This document shows, in pieces, positions 1-10,995 of a stretch of 64,000 nt of DNA. The position numbers and the translations under genes were made by a program. This DNA comes from Pelomyxa schiedti (taxonomy: Eukaryota > Protista > Evosea), in the NCBI GenBank assembly GCA_020536535.1, contig JAHLWZ010000825.1, positions 1-64,000 on the forward strand, read 5' to 3'. Position 1 is the stretch's first letter, and each line of letters begins with the position of its first letter. Under the pieces are notes generated by a model, which saw only the letters and a list, made by a program, of their open reading frames with translations, made no database searches and was not told the origin of the DNA.

Positions 1-100
1 GTTGAGATGGGATGTCAGGGGATACACAACAAATAAAAACAAGGAAAAGAAGAAGAACAGAGACACAGTCAAACAAACCTGGTGTTGATCCAGGGAAACA

Positions 101-1565
101 GTGAAACCGGTTTTGGAACTTTGTGAGATATTCAGTTGCCAGTCTGGGAGTGCCGTAAGCAGCACACAGATCCTTTACAACGAAGAGACTCACAGATTGT
201 GTACCAATGCGTTCTGCCACGCAGTGTCAGGAGGCCACCCGGAGCTGTGCAAGGTGTTCCTCAATGCAGTGCCGAACAGGGAGGGTTTGCGGCACAACAG
301 AAAAAACTTCAGCACCACTCTTCTCAGGGCTGCATGGCACCACCACTGAGAACTTCATCGCAACCAAGAAAGTTGTACAAGAGCTGTTCGAGTCGGAGCC
401 CTCGCGATGGGGCACTGAACCAGACCCTCCAGAGTTCGTACGACAAGGATGGCCGCAGTTCGGAAAATCGATGGTTCTAAAGGCTGCCTCACTCTCCGCG
501 ATGTGGGGAATCGTGAAAATACTTGTGAGCGCTGATTTCAGCCAAGGTGACGAAGAAGTCCAACGAACCCTCCCCACCATCTTGGGATGCGTTGCAAGGC
601 ACCACACTGATGAAGCAACGGACATGTTCGATGAAATTCTCTTGCTTTGTCAAAGGTTACCATGGAGCACCGACAGGTTGCGCGTCTGGTTGGAAGAAAC
701 CCTTAAATTGGTGTGTGAATCGAAAAATGTTGCCATCTTCCGGTCGTTGGTCAACCACCACCCCGACTTCAAGGCCGCAATCAATGCAACGCTCTTGTCT
801 GATTTGCTTGTCAAAGCATTGACACCACCTCCTGAGCACTTCCACCGCGCCTATGAAGACTTCATCGGGCTCCCAAACAGTGAGTTGTCATCGATTTCAG
901 TTCAGCAGCATTACTTGGTGCCCACACGAAATAAACCACCAGAGACACCACTGGGAGTTGCCGAGGCTTTGCTGCCCTTTCTGAGAGACCAAATCAGAAC
1001 AGGGAAATTCAAGATGAACGCTGCACTGAGGTATCTGATTCAGAAGGGGTGCAGCAGGGATGCACTCGAGTGGTTATCTTTCAACGACCTCTTTTCTAAA
1101 GATGTGGTTCAATACCCCATCCTCCTGTTTGAAGGCATTTTAAGATTGAGGCCTGAATCGACCAAAAAGGGTGGCACGGTTCACTGTCCCATTGGATACA
1201 AAAAGTTGAACAAACACATCTTCACACTACAGGCGGTGTTGACTGCCTTGGCCCAGATGTTCCACGTTCGCGATATGATTTTGGCACTTTACAAAGTTCA
1301 AGACAGCATGTGGCCAGTCACGCTTTACCTGCTGAGTATGATCAGTGACGAACTTGGCGGAGCTATTGCCGAGTATGTGCACAACAAGATTACTGTCAAG
1401 ATGCTTTCTGAGGCGGTGTTTGTCGACTTGAGTGTATCTGGAAAAATGTTCAGCATGGATGGCTCGAGGTGTTTGCCATCCCTTTTTGACTGGCTTGTGA
1501 TGTCATGTATGAACAGCAGTACTTTCCCTAGATTTTTCGGCAGCCTGGTTAATAGCTTCATCTAA
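101..1565 (+). CDS. Hypothetical helical (possibly ankyrin-like) protein; 5' end may lie upstream
   Basis: 452-aa ORF 207-1565 can be joined in phase to ORF 101-349 (FCHAVSGGHPELCKVFL) by a 43-nt GT..AG intron at 285-327. No diagnostic motif recognised. Confidence 0.55.
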
Positions 1566-1702
1566 AAGAATGTTTACTGGGCTTCCAACGACTTCGTCGG
1601 CGGTATATCTATCAATTCATTAATGAAAGGACGAATGAAGCGAAACATACCCAAACATCTTTTGGGCGGAGGTGTTGATCCTCTGAAACCACTGCGCGTC
1701 TG

Positions 1703-2635
1703 TTGCGTGAATTTCTACCTCACGCTGGCGAAGAGTTGCTTTCCAAGCACCCTGATCAAGAAGGTGTCGAGGCATTCCACCGTAAAGTTCATCATTACAA
1801 GGGTGTCCCTCAAAGAGAGGAGGGATCACCCAGCACAATGGGCAATGGGCGTGCTGATTACTTGATTCCTCAGATTCAGTGGCCGTTGAATCCGAGCCCC
1901 AGTCACTCCAGCATGATGGCTACACCATCTCCAGCCCCTGTGAAGAAGCAAAGCCGGTACCACAAAAGGAAAAACCAATCACCGGTTCCAGAAGCTGTTC
2001 GTCCAGAGTCACTTCCCCCCTCATCCATCGGCCTTCACCATCATTATGGAGGTACCCACGGTAACGAGAAATCCACCACCACAGCCACAGCTTCCAACAC
2101 AAATCACGTGCACAGCAGTGCGAGAGTAGTTGAAGGACCAAACACGTTCCTTGTACCCCCACTTCCTTTCTTTATCCAACAACCTCAGCCCGCCGCCACC
2201 ACCTCCACAATTGCTACCAACCAACGCGATCGCAGTGATGATCCAATGAAGTACGTGACCGAGGGGATCCCGGCTCAGGCCGTAGAGACCAACACTGACA
2301 GTTCCAACGACACGGACGCCGCAGCACCAACAGGCCCCCACCCAAAGTCCCCAGGACACACACAACCACCACCAACCCAAAGATGGGTACCCCACCTCCA
2401 CCTCAAGGTTCCCGAACATAACAAACAGGCTTCTGTCACCGCGAAAAAAAAAGTTTCCATGTTTTGTGGTTGGCTGGGGTGTATTTCAATTACTTTACTG
2501 GGGAAGGTGATGCGGCACTGTACTGAAGGTGGGAAGACAGGAGGTAATCATCCCCTCCCCTCCCCAATCTCCTCTCTTCCAGGTTATTCTGACCCGCACC
2601 AGCTGAGGATCACGTTCGAATCACGGTCCTTTTGA
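1703..2635 (+). CDS. Low-complexity P/T/S/H-rich hypothetical ORF; start unresolved
   Basis: 310-codon open frame with disordered-protein composition. It opens at TTG, so a spliced 5' exon is probably needed. Confidence 0.35.
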   Translation: MREFLPHAGEELLSKHPDQEGVEAFHRKVHHYKGVPQREEGSPSTMGNGRADYLIPQIQWPLNPSPSHSSMMATPSPAPVKKQSRYHKRKNQSPVPEAVRPESLPPSSIGLHHHYGGTHGNEKSTTTATASNTNHVHSSARVVEGPNTFLVPPLPFFIQQPQPAATTSTIATNQRDRSDDPMKYVTEGIPAQAVETNTDSSNDTDAAAPTGPHPKSPGHTQPPPTQRWVPHLHLKVPEHNKQASVTAKKKVSMFCGWLGCISITLLGKVMRHCTEGGKTGGNHPLPSPISSLPGYSDPHQLRITFESRSF

Positions 2636-2646
2636 GCGCAAAGGAA

Positions 2647-2808
2647 TTATGGGAGAACCAGGCAGGGGAAAAATATCCGTGACTGTATCTGACCCTCGGC
2701 TGGTGCTGTAGTGGAAGCGCAAGTGAATGTCAACGATGTGGTTGGCACCTGAAACCACAAGAAAAGAACTCCAACACAGCCCATCAATATCATCCACGGC
2801 GCCTTCAT
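2647..2808 (-). CDS. Short 53-aa ORF starting with a duplicated signal-anchor exon (possible orphan or pseudo-exon)
   Basis: ATG 2808 gives MKAPWMILMGCVGVLFLWFQVPTTSLTFTC..., nearly identical to the N-terminus encoded at 48593. Confidence 0.3.
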   Translation of the reverse strand: MKAPWMILMGCVGVLFLWFQVPTTSLTFTCASTTAPAEGQIQSRIFFPCLVLP

Positions 2809-2822
2809 CGGACAAAAAAAAA
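2720..2822. repeat. Dispersed duplication copy A (~103 bp; partner at 48505-48607)
   Basis: Direct comparison of caagtgaatgtcaacgatgt...catcggacaaaaaaaaa shows 4 mismatches versus copy B, same orientation. Confidence 0.9.
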
Positions 2823-3083
2823 CTAAAAAATAGTGAACTACTATGAAACTTCCCACAATTTTCTTTGCCCCGATCAAGCAATGGGGCTCTTTGGAGATGG
2901 CTGTGGGAGGATCTTGTCTCTGAGTGATGATTACCTTTTGGGAAACTTTGCGATAAAGCAATGAGCTCAACATGAGGTTAGTCCTGACTTGTTTTTTTTT
3001 ATTCGTGAACCAAACAAAGCCGACACAAAATACAGGTATTTGTTAATTTTAAAAGCAAAAAAAGCTATGAGTCTCTACTATTA

Positions 3084-4883
3084 TTACCAAAGTGAAATGA
3101 GAAGTATCAGAACCACCAGGCCTATTGTCGATTGTAGTCGGTGACCAATACTAAGGGGTTGAGTACTAGAATGATGTAATGAAGAAGACCAGGATGACGA
3201 GGACTCTGAAGAAGAGGAGGATTGAGAGGAGGAAGAGGACTCGGAAGACGACTCGGAGGAAGACGAAGATTGGGAGGAAGATGAGGACTCTGAAGAAGAG
3301 GAGGATTGAGATGATGAAGATGAGGAGAGGGAAGATGAGGAAAGGGAGACTGAGGAGACGGAAAACGAGGATGAAGACTGTGAGGAGGATTGGGAGGAAG
3401 ATGAAGATTGCGAGGAGGATTGGGAGGAAGACGAAGATTGCGAGGAAGATTGTGAGGATGAGGAAGATTCTGAAGAGGACTCAGAAGAGGAAGAGTATGA
3501 AGGATCAGAAGCCCGGTGAATATCAGTGACTTCAAGTGAGTCAGTATCAGTGTAGCAAGTCACATCGCCTTGGTATAAAATACTGTCAGTATCCTCAACG
3601 GTGAAGTCCATTTGTTCGATGGTGTCATTTGGGGCAGTTGTGTAAACAGTATATTGGAACAGGGTATCGCAACATGCTAACGCCTGATAACTGTACGAAT
3701 TTACTTTAATATATTCGACAGGTACACTCAAACTAGTAGCTATATCATTGGCAAATTTAGGTACAGTATCCACTGTTGGGGCACCTTGTTTTGGTAAGGT
3801 ACGAGAAAAGCGAGAAGTTGTGAAAGAATCATACTAGGAAGCTTTAAGGTAAGCTCAAAGCCTACCCAATCAGCTGGAGGAATAACAGCAGCTTCAGTGA
3901 AAGACAGTCCTTCCATATCAGTTGACGGAACGGTCAATATATAAGTCTTCTGTCCAGTGAAGGGATTAAACTCATAAAGTTCGGCTGGACCACCAGCAAC
4001 ACAAGAGGAGCAAGATGCAATCACATATCTAGGCATAAGGTTTCACGAAATGAAGGAAGGTGCACAGTTGTACATTTTTGCGGTCTTCGGGTCCCAAGCC
4101 ATTGTCTTAGGAGCTCCTGAACTAAAGGGTGACGTGAGGTTGTTTTTTACTGTGCACGTGTCGGGATCAATAGTAACAGAGTACGTGCTACGGAAAGACC
4201 ACAACAGGTGCGGCCCAGCGGGGGGATAATTGCACACCGTAGCCGGAACTGAAACGGCTTTCTCACACTGCTTGAAAATGGTACCGTTGTTGAGCGCTAC
4301 ATTAAACATCTCCACATCTGGAGCCTCTTTGTCGGTCCACAGGAACTTGATTCTTGATTCGGACCAGCTCCAGGTGAAATATCCTCCAATAGTATCATAG
4401 TTGGAGCAGTATCCCATTACGCCAACTTTGTGGATGGCGCACGTCGTTACATCAAGAGTGTACAGTGTAACAGTATACTCGCTGTCAAGTAACCCAGAAT
4501 AAAATTCGACTGCATAGTACCTGGAAAAGAATTGGGTGAGTCTTACGCGGAATAATATGAAACAAATGAGAAACTACGTACTTGGCCCCCACGGGATCAT
4601 ATGCTGCCGAGAAGAAGCTGTAATCAGAGTTGTAGCTGCAAATTTGCTGGTAGGTGTTGCCTTTAGCAGGATCGAGAGTGATTCGTGATAACCTTGTGGA
4701 AAGTAAGGCAACTCATGACTGCGGAACCAAAAAAAAAAAAGATAAAGATAGAGAGGCAAAGAGGGAAAAAAATTACTTGTAGTGCTCAAAGTCATACACG
4801 TAGGCCGTCGACGACGCATCGACGACCACGACCGCAAAATACACCAAGAGAAAAACCAGTAGCACGACACCAACCGCCTGCAT
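3084..4883 (-). CDS. Secreted cell-surface protein with Ser-rich stalk and C-terminal hydrophobic (GPI-type or TM) tail
   Basis: ATG 4883 gives signal peptide MQAVGVVLLVFLLVYFAVVVVDA. Further exons lie in ORFs 4043-4417, 3740-4036 and 3084-3773, with a poly-Ser tract and tail STIGLVVLILLISLW*. Confidence 0.75.
3180..3500 (-). repeat. Imperfect coding tandem repeats (SSQSSSSS/SSESSS units)
   Basis: Purine-rich gaggag/gaagat/gattg units on the + strand encode the Ser-rich stalk on the - strand. Confidence 0.8.
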
Positions 4884-5115
4884 TTTTTCTTGTTTTTGTT
4901 GTGTGCTTGTTCGGAGATCGGAATTTTTTTCCAGGGAGTTATGCACCAGTTTTTGCGATCAGGTATGTTGATTTCCTCGGTGCGATACTGCTAATGGACA
5001 GTACATGTGTCCCTTTCCCATACTAGGAGAGCCTGGAGAGGCTAAATGTACTTCTGGAAGCTCACAAGGTACCTTCTCCAACAGGGGATCGATCACACCG
5101 AGATCTCAGTGTCGG

Positions 5116-5794
5116 TCAGTGCATCCGCGACATTGTCCCGTAGTGCCATGCACTTTTTAGGTTGCTAAACTTCATGACAGAGAGGCCCACTGCTGATTGC
5201 GGGGGTAAGTGGAAATGGGAAATTTACGAAAGCCCCAACTGTTTTCATCATACAGCCTGAATGTAATCACACGCTGTGTCTCGGCACTGATCGAGCGAAG
5301 TGAACCCATCCCCATGGAAACGTTGTAAACACCTTCGCAATAGTGGTCTGAATCTTGTCATGTCGTTAGTTAAACTAAATATCGTTGTGGTACCATTCTT
5401 TCGACCAGAAATAACATGAATGCCACCGTGTCGCCTTTCAATCTGCCATCACTTATTTCAGTTTCTTGGGGTTTCACCATACATTGAATGAGAGGTATTG
5501 CTTCACTGGGGCAAGGTCTTTATGTCGACTCCAAAAAAGTGTGCTGAAGTGTGGAAAGTGAGATCTCCTCAAAAACTGTTCTGTTGGTGGTTACCTTGTG
5601 TTGTCGTCGTGCGCCATTACTTCTACCCTGAAATACTTGTCTGTTGGAAAAGAAACTGAGGTCTGAATCTCGCACCTGAGTGTGTCAGTCGTCGATGGCT
5701 GTGTAGCTTGGAACGTTCCATCAAAAGATCTTGTTTTCATTTCTCTCTTCCATTCCCCCAACAAGAACGTAGTAAGATCTTCTGTGACTTGCAT
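5116..5794 (-). CDS. Small multi-exon hypothetical protein, possibly beta-barrel (early FLLGEW motif)
   Basis: ATG 5794 (MQVTEDLTTFLLGEWKR). Later coding-like segments GVYNVSMGMG...WGF and SAWHYGTMSRMH* end at 5116. Middle exons not resolved. Confidence 0.4.
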
Positions 5795-6003
5795 GTATGT
5801 TTTCTTTATTTGACAGAATTACACTGAAAATAAAAACGCAATTACTCAGGGCTGTTACACCCCCCGTTTAATGGAAGTGAGAAAAAACAAAAACGCAGAC
5901 TAGAGAGAGGCCAGAAAACAACGTGTAATCATCTTCTAAAAAAAAAGATCTTCCTATGATGACAAATTTTAATACACTTGTGGTGATACAATAATTGAAG
6001 GCC

Positions 6004-7376
6004 TCAGTTGTTGATGGTCCTCTTGGCAATGGGCACTTTTTCATAGTTCCCATGAGAACCCCCCAGGTCAGAAACTGTGTAAAGCCAGTTGACATATGAG
6101 ACAAGCTGTTCCTCTGCCTTCATTGAGGCGTTGGCTAGGAACACTGATGTGTGGTTGGGTAAGATGGCACAGTGAGTATGAAGTATAAGGAAGAAGAGAA
6201 AGAGACACACGTTGGAGCATGGATGAGACCAGTTCGGGGAGGACAAATGCGAATGTGGCAAATATTACGAGTCTCATGCCTTGGTCGAATATCGACCAAC
6301 AGAAGAACATAATGGACCGAAGCGCAAAGCAAGTGGTGAACGTCAGTGTGCAAAAGAGAAGCTTTCTCAGGTCAGTATGATTTCAGGTGCCACTTAGGAC
6401 ATCATTTCCCATTTATTGATTAAATGTGGGTTGAGGGAAACCTTTTTCCATGAAGATGTACTCGATGTCACCCTTTCATGGGGTAGCTTTTTCTTATCGG
6501 CAGAAACTAGCCGCAGTCCATATACAGTGAAAGCAACTGAAACTGATATGCACACAAAAGATTCTTCATAGGCAATAAGGAAAATAGGTACATAGGATAA
6601 TTTCAACCGAAGTATAAGTTGATGGAATAGTAAATGGAGTCAGATACATCAGAATCCTACAGTTGATCGAGAAACGAAAATTAAATAACAAGAATACCTC
6701 CATAAAGACACAAAGTAAGGTTATAATTAAGACACAAGTGTATAATAGTGCGTTTAGTGCAATAAACGCCCACTTCAATGTTGGAAGAAAGCCAGTGGCA
6801 GAGACATAGCTTTTGTGTGTCATCTCCGCCCTTAGATGTTATTAGATGTTGCTTATGATTGATGGTCAGTGTACCAAAAAAATAATACAACTGTATAGCT
6901 TGTGAAGAAAAGGGAGCTCCCTATTCGTTCAACAACGAAGGTAAGGTCATCAAAATAGTCTTGCTGCTCTTCGACATTGCAAAAAAGCATATAAATTGCA
7001 CACCACAGAATGCGTGCTGTAACAGAATAAAAGCGTGGTCATTTATTTAGGAATGCTAGCAAATTTAAAAGGGTGATCGTAAAAATCTAGGAGAATATAG
7101 TCTCAAAGGGGAATATACACAATAAGAAAGCGCACAGGGATACATAAAACACGCTCACTTTGGATCTTGGGAGGTACTGAGCCCCACCACCCTCCATGCT
7201 ACGTTTGCCTCTACACACCTTGACTATAGACACTACGCACACAACTTCTGCAACAGCATACAATGCCATTACCTTGATAATTAGAGATAAAAAAAAACCC
7301 CGTCAGTGTTATTAGTTAATGGCTACGATCTTGCACACACCACGGAGCCGTAGATATTTTTCCCCGTGGTGTCCAT
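6004..7376 (-). CDS. THH1/TOM1/TOM3 (DUF1084)-like multi-pass membrane protein
   Basis: Spliced reading RIGSSLFFTSYTVVLFFW|AEMTHK, VAFTVYGLRL, TCFALRSI and VLPELVSSML matches the TOM1 pattern LPGLLFFSTYTLLVLFWAEIYH...FLLYGGRL...CFLIR...EVLPS. Confidence 0.7.
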
Positions 7377-7539
7377 CCCCTTTGTTCGTTATTTTTTGCC
7401 CAAAAGCTCAACGAGATTTTGATGTGTCACAAAAAAACAAAACGAATCTGCCATCGGTTTTTTTTCTTCTAAGCGAAAACTTGGTTGTTGCATGACAAAC
7501 AAGTGCTGAATTGGGGGTCTCATAAGAGTTCAATGCCAA

Positions 7540-9095
7540 TCAATAGCCTGAGGCCTCAGAGGTTGTGGTTGTTGTTGAGGGAGTTGGGGGTTCAGCTGGG
7601 GGTGTTGTTGTTTCCGTTTTGGGAAGCTTGAACGGCAACATAGAATTCTTGACCATGGCAATTCTTTCCTCAGTTTGGCCACGTTCTCGCATGTGCTGGA
7701 TATAGGTCTCCATATCAGGGCACGTGCCTCCTACAAGTGCAATGATTCCAAGAAGAACGTCCGCAACCTGTTTTTTAGGGTTATTTCGGGTTTTTGTTTT
7801 GATTGTTTGGGAGTGGCTGTTGAACAGTGGGTGTTGAAGTGGATAGATAGTAGAGTAAAGGATTGGTGATACCATCTTTGGTTCATTTTCCATAAGGATG
7901 ACGTGACCTTCACCAATGAGGTGAGTCCACTGCTCTGTCACTTGCCTGGTGAATTCTGCACCAAATGGGCTGCCATCGCTGTGTTGGAGTAAAAATTACA
8001 AGCTTTATACTAGTGAGTCTTACACATAAGGCTTTTGCAGGAAATATACATCTGCCTTCCGGCATAGATCCTAATTAAAATGACAAAGTAAGTGAACTTC
8101 TATGGCTTTGCAAATTCAAACTGCGAAAACGTTTTCAGTCTTCACATCTTCAAAGTCTACACCAAAGTAATCGCGAATATGTACAGCTGAAACCTGGCAA
8201 AATATTCTTAGTGAATACGCCGATAACGAATGTATCAAACTTTGTCGTAGCACAGTTCATCCCCAGTGAAGAAGATAAGGGGACGTCGAGCTCCGGGCGC
8301 TGTGACTTTGCACAGCCGAGCAAAGTACCATGCAGCAAGTTCATAGGACTCGTGGTAGTTACCACCACCATTTCCCTCAAGATACAACTGGAAAGCAGGT
8401 CAGTTTTTTTGCGAAAAAAAAAGGGGGAGGGCACCTTTGTAACTAAAGAGTCCAGGTCTTGACCTTGGGCAAAATCTGTTGCCTGGAATGGTGCTCGGTC
8501 AGCAAAAGCATCTCCAACAGCACAGAAGGAAATTGCAGGATCAGCCAAGTAATTTGAGGTCATAATTTGTCCATAGAACATGGGCAACTGAAATTGTTAT
8601 TTATGTAAATGCACATGTAATGAATTGCAATGATACCTTATCATACATGACCTGGAAGGGAAAAGTAAATGTAAGTTGAAACCAGTGACAAAAACGGAAG
8701 GAAAAACCTTAGCAAATTTCCCCATGCTGCCGGTTACATCTAAATGCCAAATTTAAGATTTTAGGGGAAAAGGGTATGAGGCAGATAAATACCCAAACAA
8801 ACAATAAGAGGGTTTCTATGGGTGCAATTCAACCTTTTGGACATAGGGTCGACCTATTATCGAATCTAAAAAAAAAAAAAACAAAAAAAGAAAAGAACCA
8901 CAAAGGTAAAATCAAACCCACTTGAGCAGCCATTCTCTTCTCCCTGACAGACCCATCAGCAGACGTGAAATTTGTGATTCCCAGAGATAGTGCGTGCTGC
9001 CTAAACAGCTGGTCTGCAGTTGCTGAATTTGTCTGCGTCGCAGTCGTGCTCACAACTTCACGCTCCTCTTCACCCCCATAATACCCTCCTCCCAT
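7540..9095 (-). CDS. vWA-domain protein of a bacterial/phage-type family
   Basis: Exons give VDPMSKRLNCTHRNPLIVCL|DVTGSMG (MIDAS-like), ISFCAVGDAFADRAPFQ, LYLEGNGGGNYHESYELAAWYFAR, LIFFTGDE and WTHLIG. Confidence 0.75.
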
Positions 9096-9408
9096 CTCTT
9101 ATGTTCTCTCTATTAACGTGTTGGTTGCTGTAGAATGTTGGTTTGTTGGTTGACAACGACGATTCGTTTTCGCCTCCCAACTTTCTGGACTTTTTCGCTG
9201 TTCTGCTTCTTTGATTAATTAACGGTACTGCTATCGTGGTTCCCTGCTTGACTTTGGGATTGTTTAACCCAAGGTGTCAATACTGTTATGAAGCTACTGA
9301 TTTATTTCGTTTCTCCATGTACTGAAAGAGGGACCATTTAACTAAAAAACCAAAAAAAAGTGTTCTTACTGTACACAAATAGGCTTTGTACTAGGTTTGT
9401 GGCAGTGA

Positions 9409-10691
9409 CTAGGCATTTGGGTTGGAAGATAAAACAGGGACCTTTTTGCCGTTTATGTCAACTACGGCTATTGTTTGATCCTTTATCTCATCTTTCTTTG
9501 ACTGTGCAAATAGCCAATAGAAGAGCCACAGTGAAACAACTATGCATAACCAAAACACTTCCACACCGCCTTTTTGTGTTGAATTATTAGACACTGTGAA
9601 GTACAGGAGTGTACACTTACTGATGAATTTCGTTATATTACTGCATATCCAGTTCCCAAATCCAATCCACGCAACAAAGCCGAAAATTGTGCAACCCAGA
9701 GTGAGCTTAATTCTTGGTAAGTGGCGAATATCCGTCAAGAATGAGACTCACCAACAATATTAGGAGGGATTTGACGGCAAATCTCGTACAAATCCGGATT
9801 ATTTGTAGTGTGGAATATAAAACCAGGCTGGCGGCAATGGAAGCGGCCCACATTATTTCAATTGCGAGGTAGAGTTTCAGCACCATAAAAATAACTAGTA
9901 CAGCACTTGCGGTACACAGGGTAATGATGAAAATCTGTTATTATTACAGTTAGGGTAGAAGAGACGAAACTACGGAGTTACCAACATCCTGGCAAATTCT
10001 CTAATAAATCCGAACTCAGACAACCCTGCAAGTATTATCCCTAGGGCCATGCACACACCAATCGCTACATCCACAAATACCCAAATCTACCGTATATTTA
10101 AAAAGGGGCCTGTAAATTACTTGGGCTTACCCTTCCCGAAGTATCATTCTTGGTGAAGAAGCATGTATCAAGAATTGTTACAATATTGAGAAGTCCAAAG
10201 AGGAAGAAGACACATGCGTACTCAAACCTTTTTTGATCGTCACTTTGATAACTTCCAGTTGGAAAAGTGCTTACTTTCCGCGTGCAGAATTGTGGTTTCC
10301 TCCATATACGGATATAGATAGTTGAGCCGCCACAATAAATCCCAGTCCACATAATACTAGTAGAATCGGTCTGCTGATCATATCCAGACTAAACCATAGA
10401 CACAAGCGCAAAAAAACAAGTCAGTCACAAATCACAATCAAGAGCAAAAGCATACAACGGTATCGGTGCCAGACAATCTTTCGGCAATTCCTCGTCATAC
10501 ACTAATCGGCAAACCTAAAAAAAAAAAAAAAACCCAAAGTCAGATGAAACGGAACAAACATGACCCAAAGCTCTCAAAACGAATACCTGCACGGGAGCCT
10601 TGGCACACAACCAGGACACATTGAGGTCCCAAAAAGCATCTGACACAAAAGATCCACTCGATTGTGTATTTAAGAGCACTGACGATGCCAT
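9409..10691 (-). CDS. 7-TM protein resembling the Chs7 chitin-synthase export chaperone family
   Basis: N-terminal LCAKAPVQ|VCRL (cf. ICRTAPLPLC), SARGKRFEYACVFFLFGLL, WVFVDVAIG, and C-terminal FGNWICSNITKFI..GGVEVFWLCIVVSLWLFYWLFAQSKKDE. About seven hydrophobic segments. Confidence 0.5.
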
Positions 10692-10995
10692 TACGAGTTC
10701 GTCGTTGGTTTTTGGTTTTTTTTTGTTGTGTGGGCCTGGGCAGTCAGCACCACCTTTTTTTTTTTGTTTGTTTGTTTCCAAGCCTTTCCTTTTCTCTTCC
10801 CTAAAACGCCGGTTTATTGGAGCGGGACAAAAAGCGTGGAAGCGAAATATTTCGGCGGTTTTTTTTTTTCCCATGCGAAATCAGTTCCCCTAAAACAGGT
10901 TACGGCCGTTCACTTCCTGATCTTGATTTTTTGTACAAAAAAAACATTGTTAGAATCACAAAAAGTACAAGTGGTGGAGCTGCCAGCAAAGAGGA

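Noticed and set aside
1748-1756. HPD tripeptide suggesting a J-domain
   Set aside because: Surrounding helices and conserved J-domain residues are not recognisable; likely chance.
2614-2622. GTTCGAATC, like a tRNA T-loop or Pol III B-box
   Set aside because: Flanks (tcacg / cacgg) do not form a T-stem, and I see no cloverleaf or A-box.
7870-7941. GEGHVILMENEP read as an alpha/beta-hydrolase catalytic His motif
   Set aside because: Upstream exons carry vWA MIDAS-family motifs and no nucleophile elbow, so the segment fits the vWA family C-terminus better.
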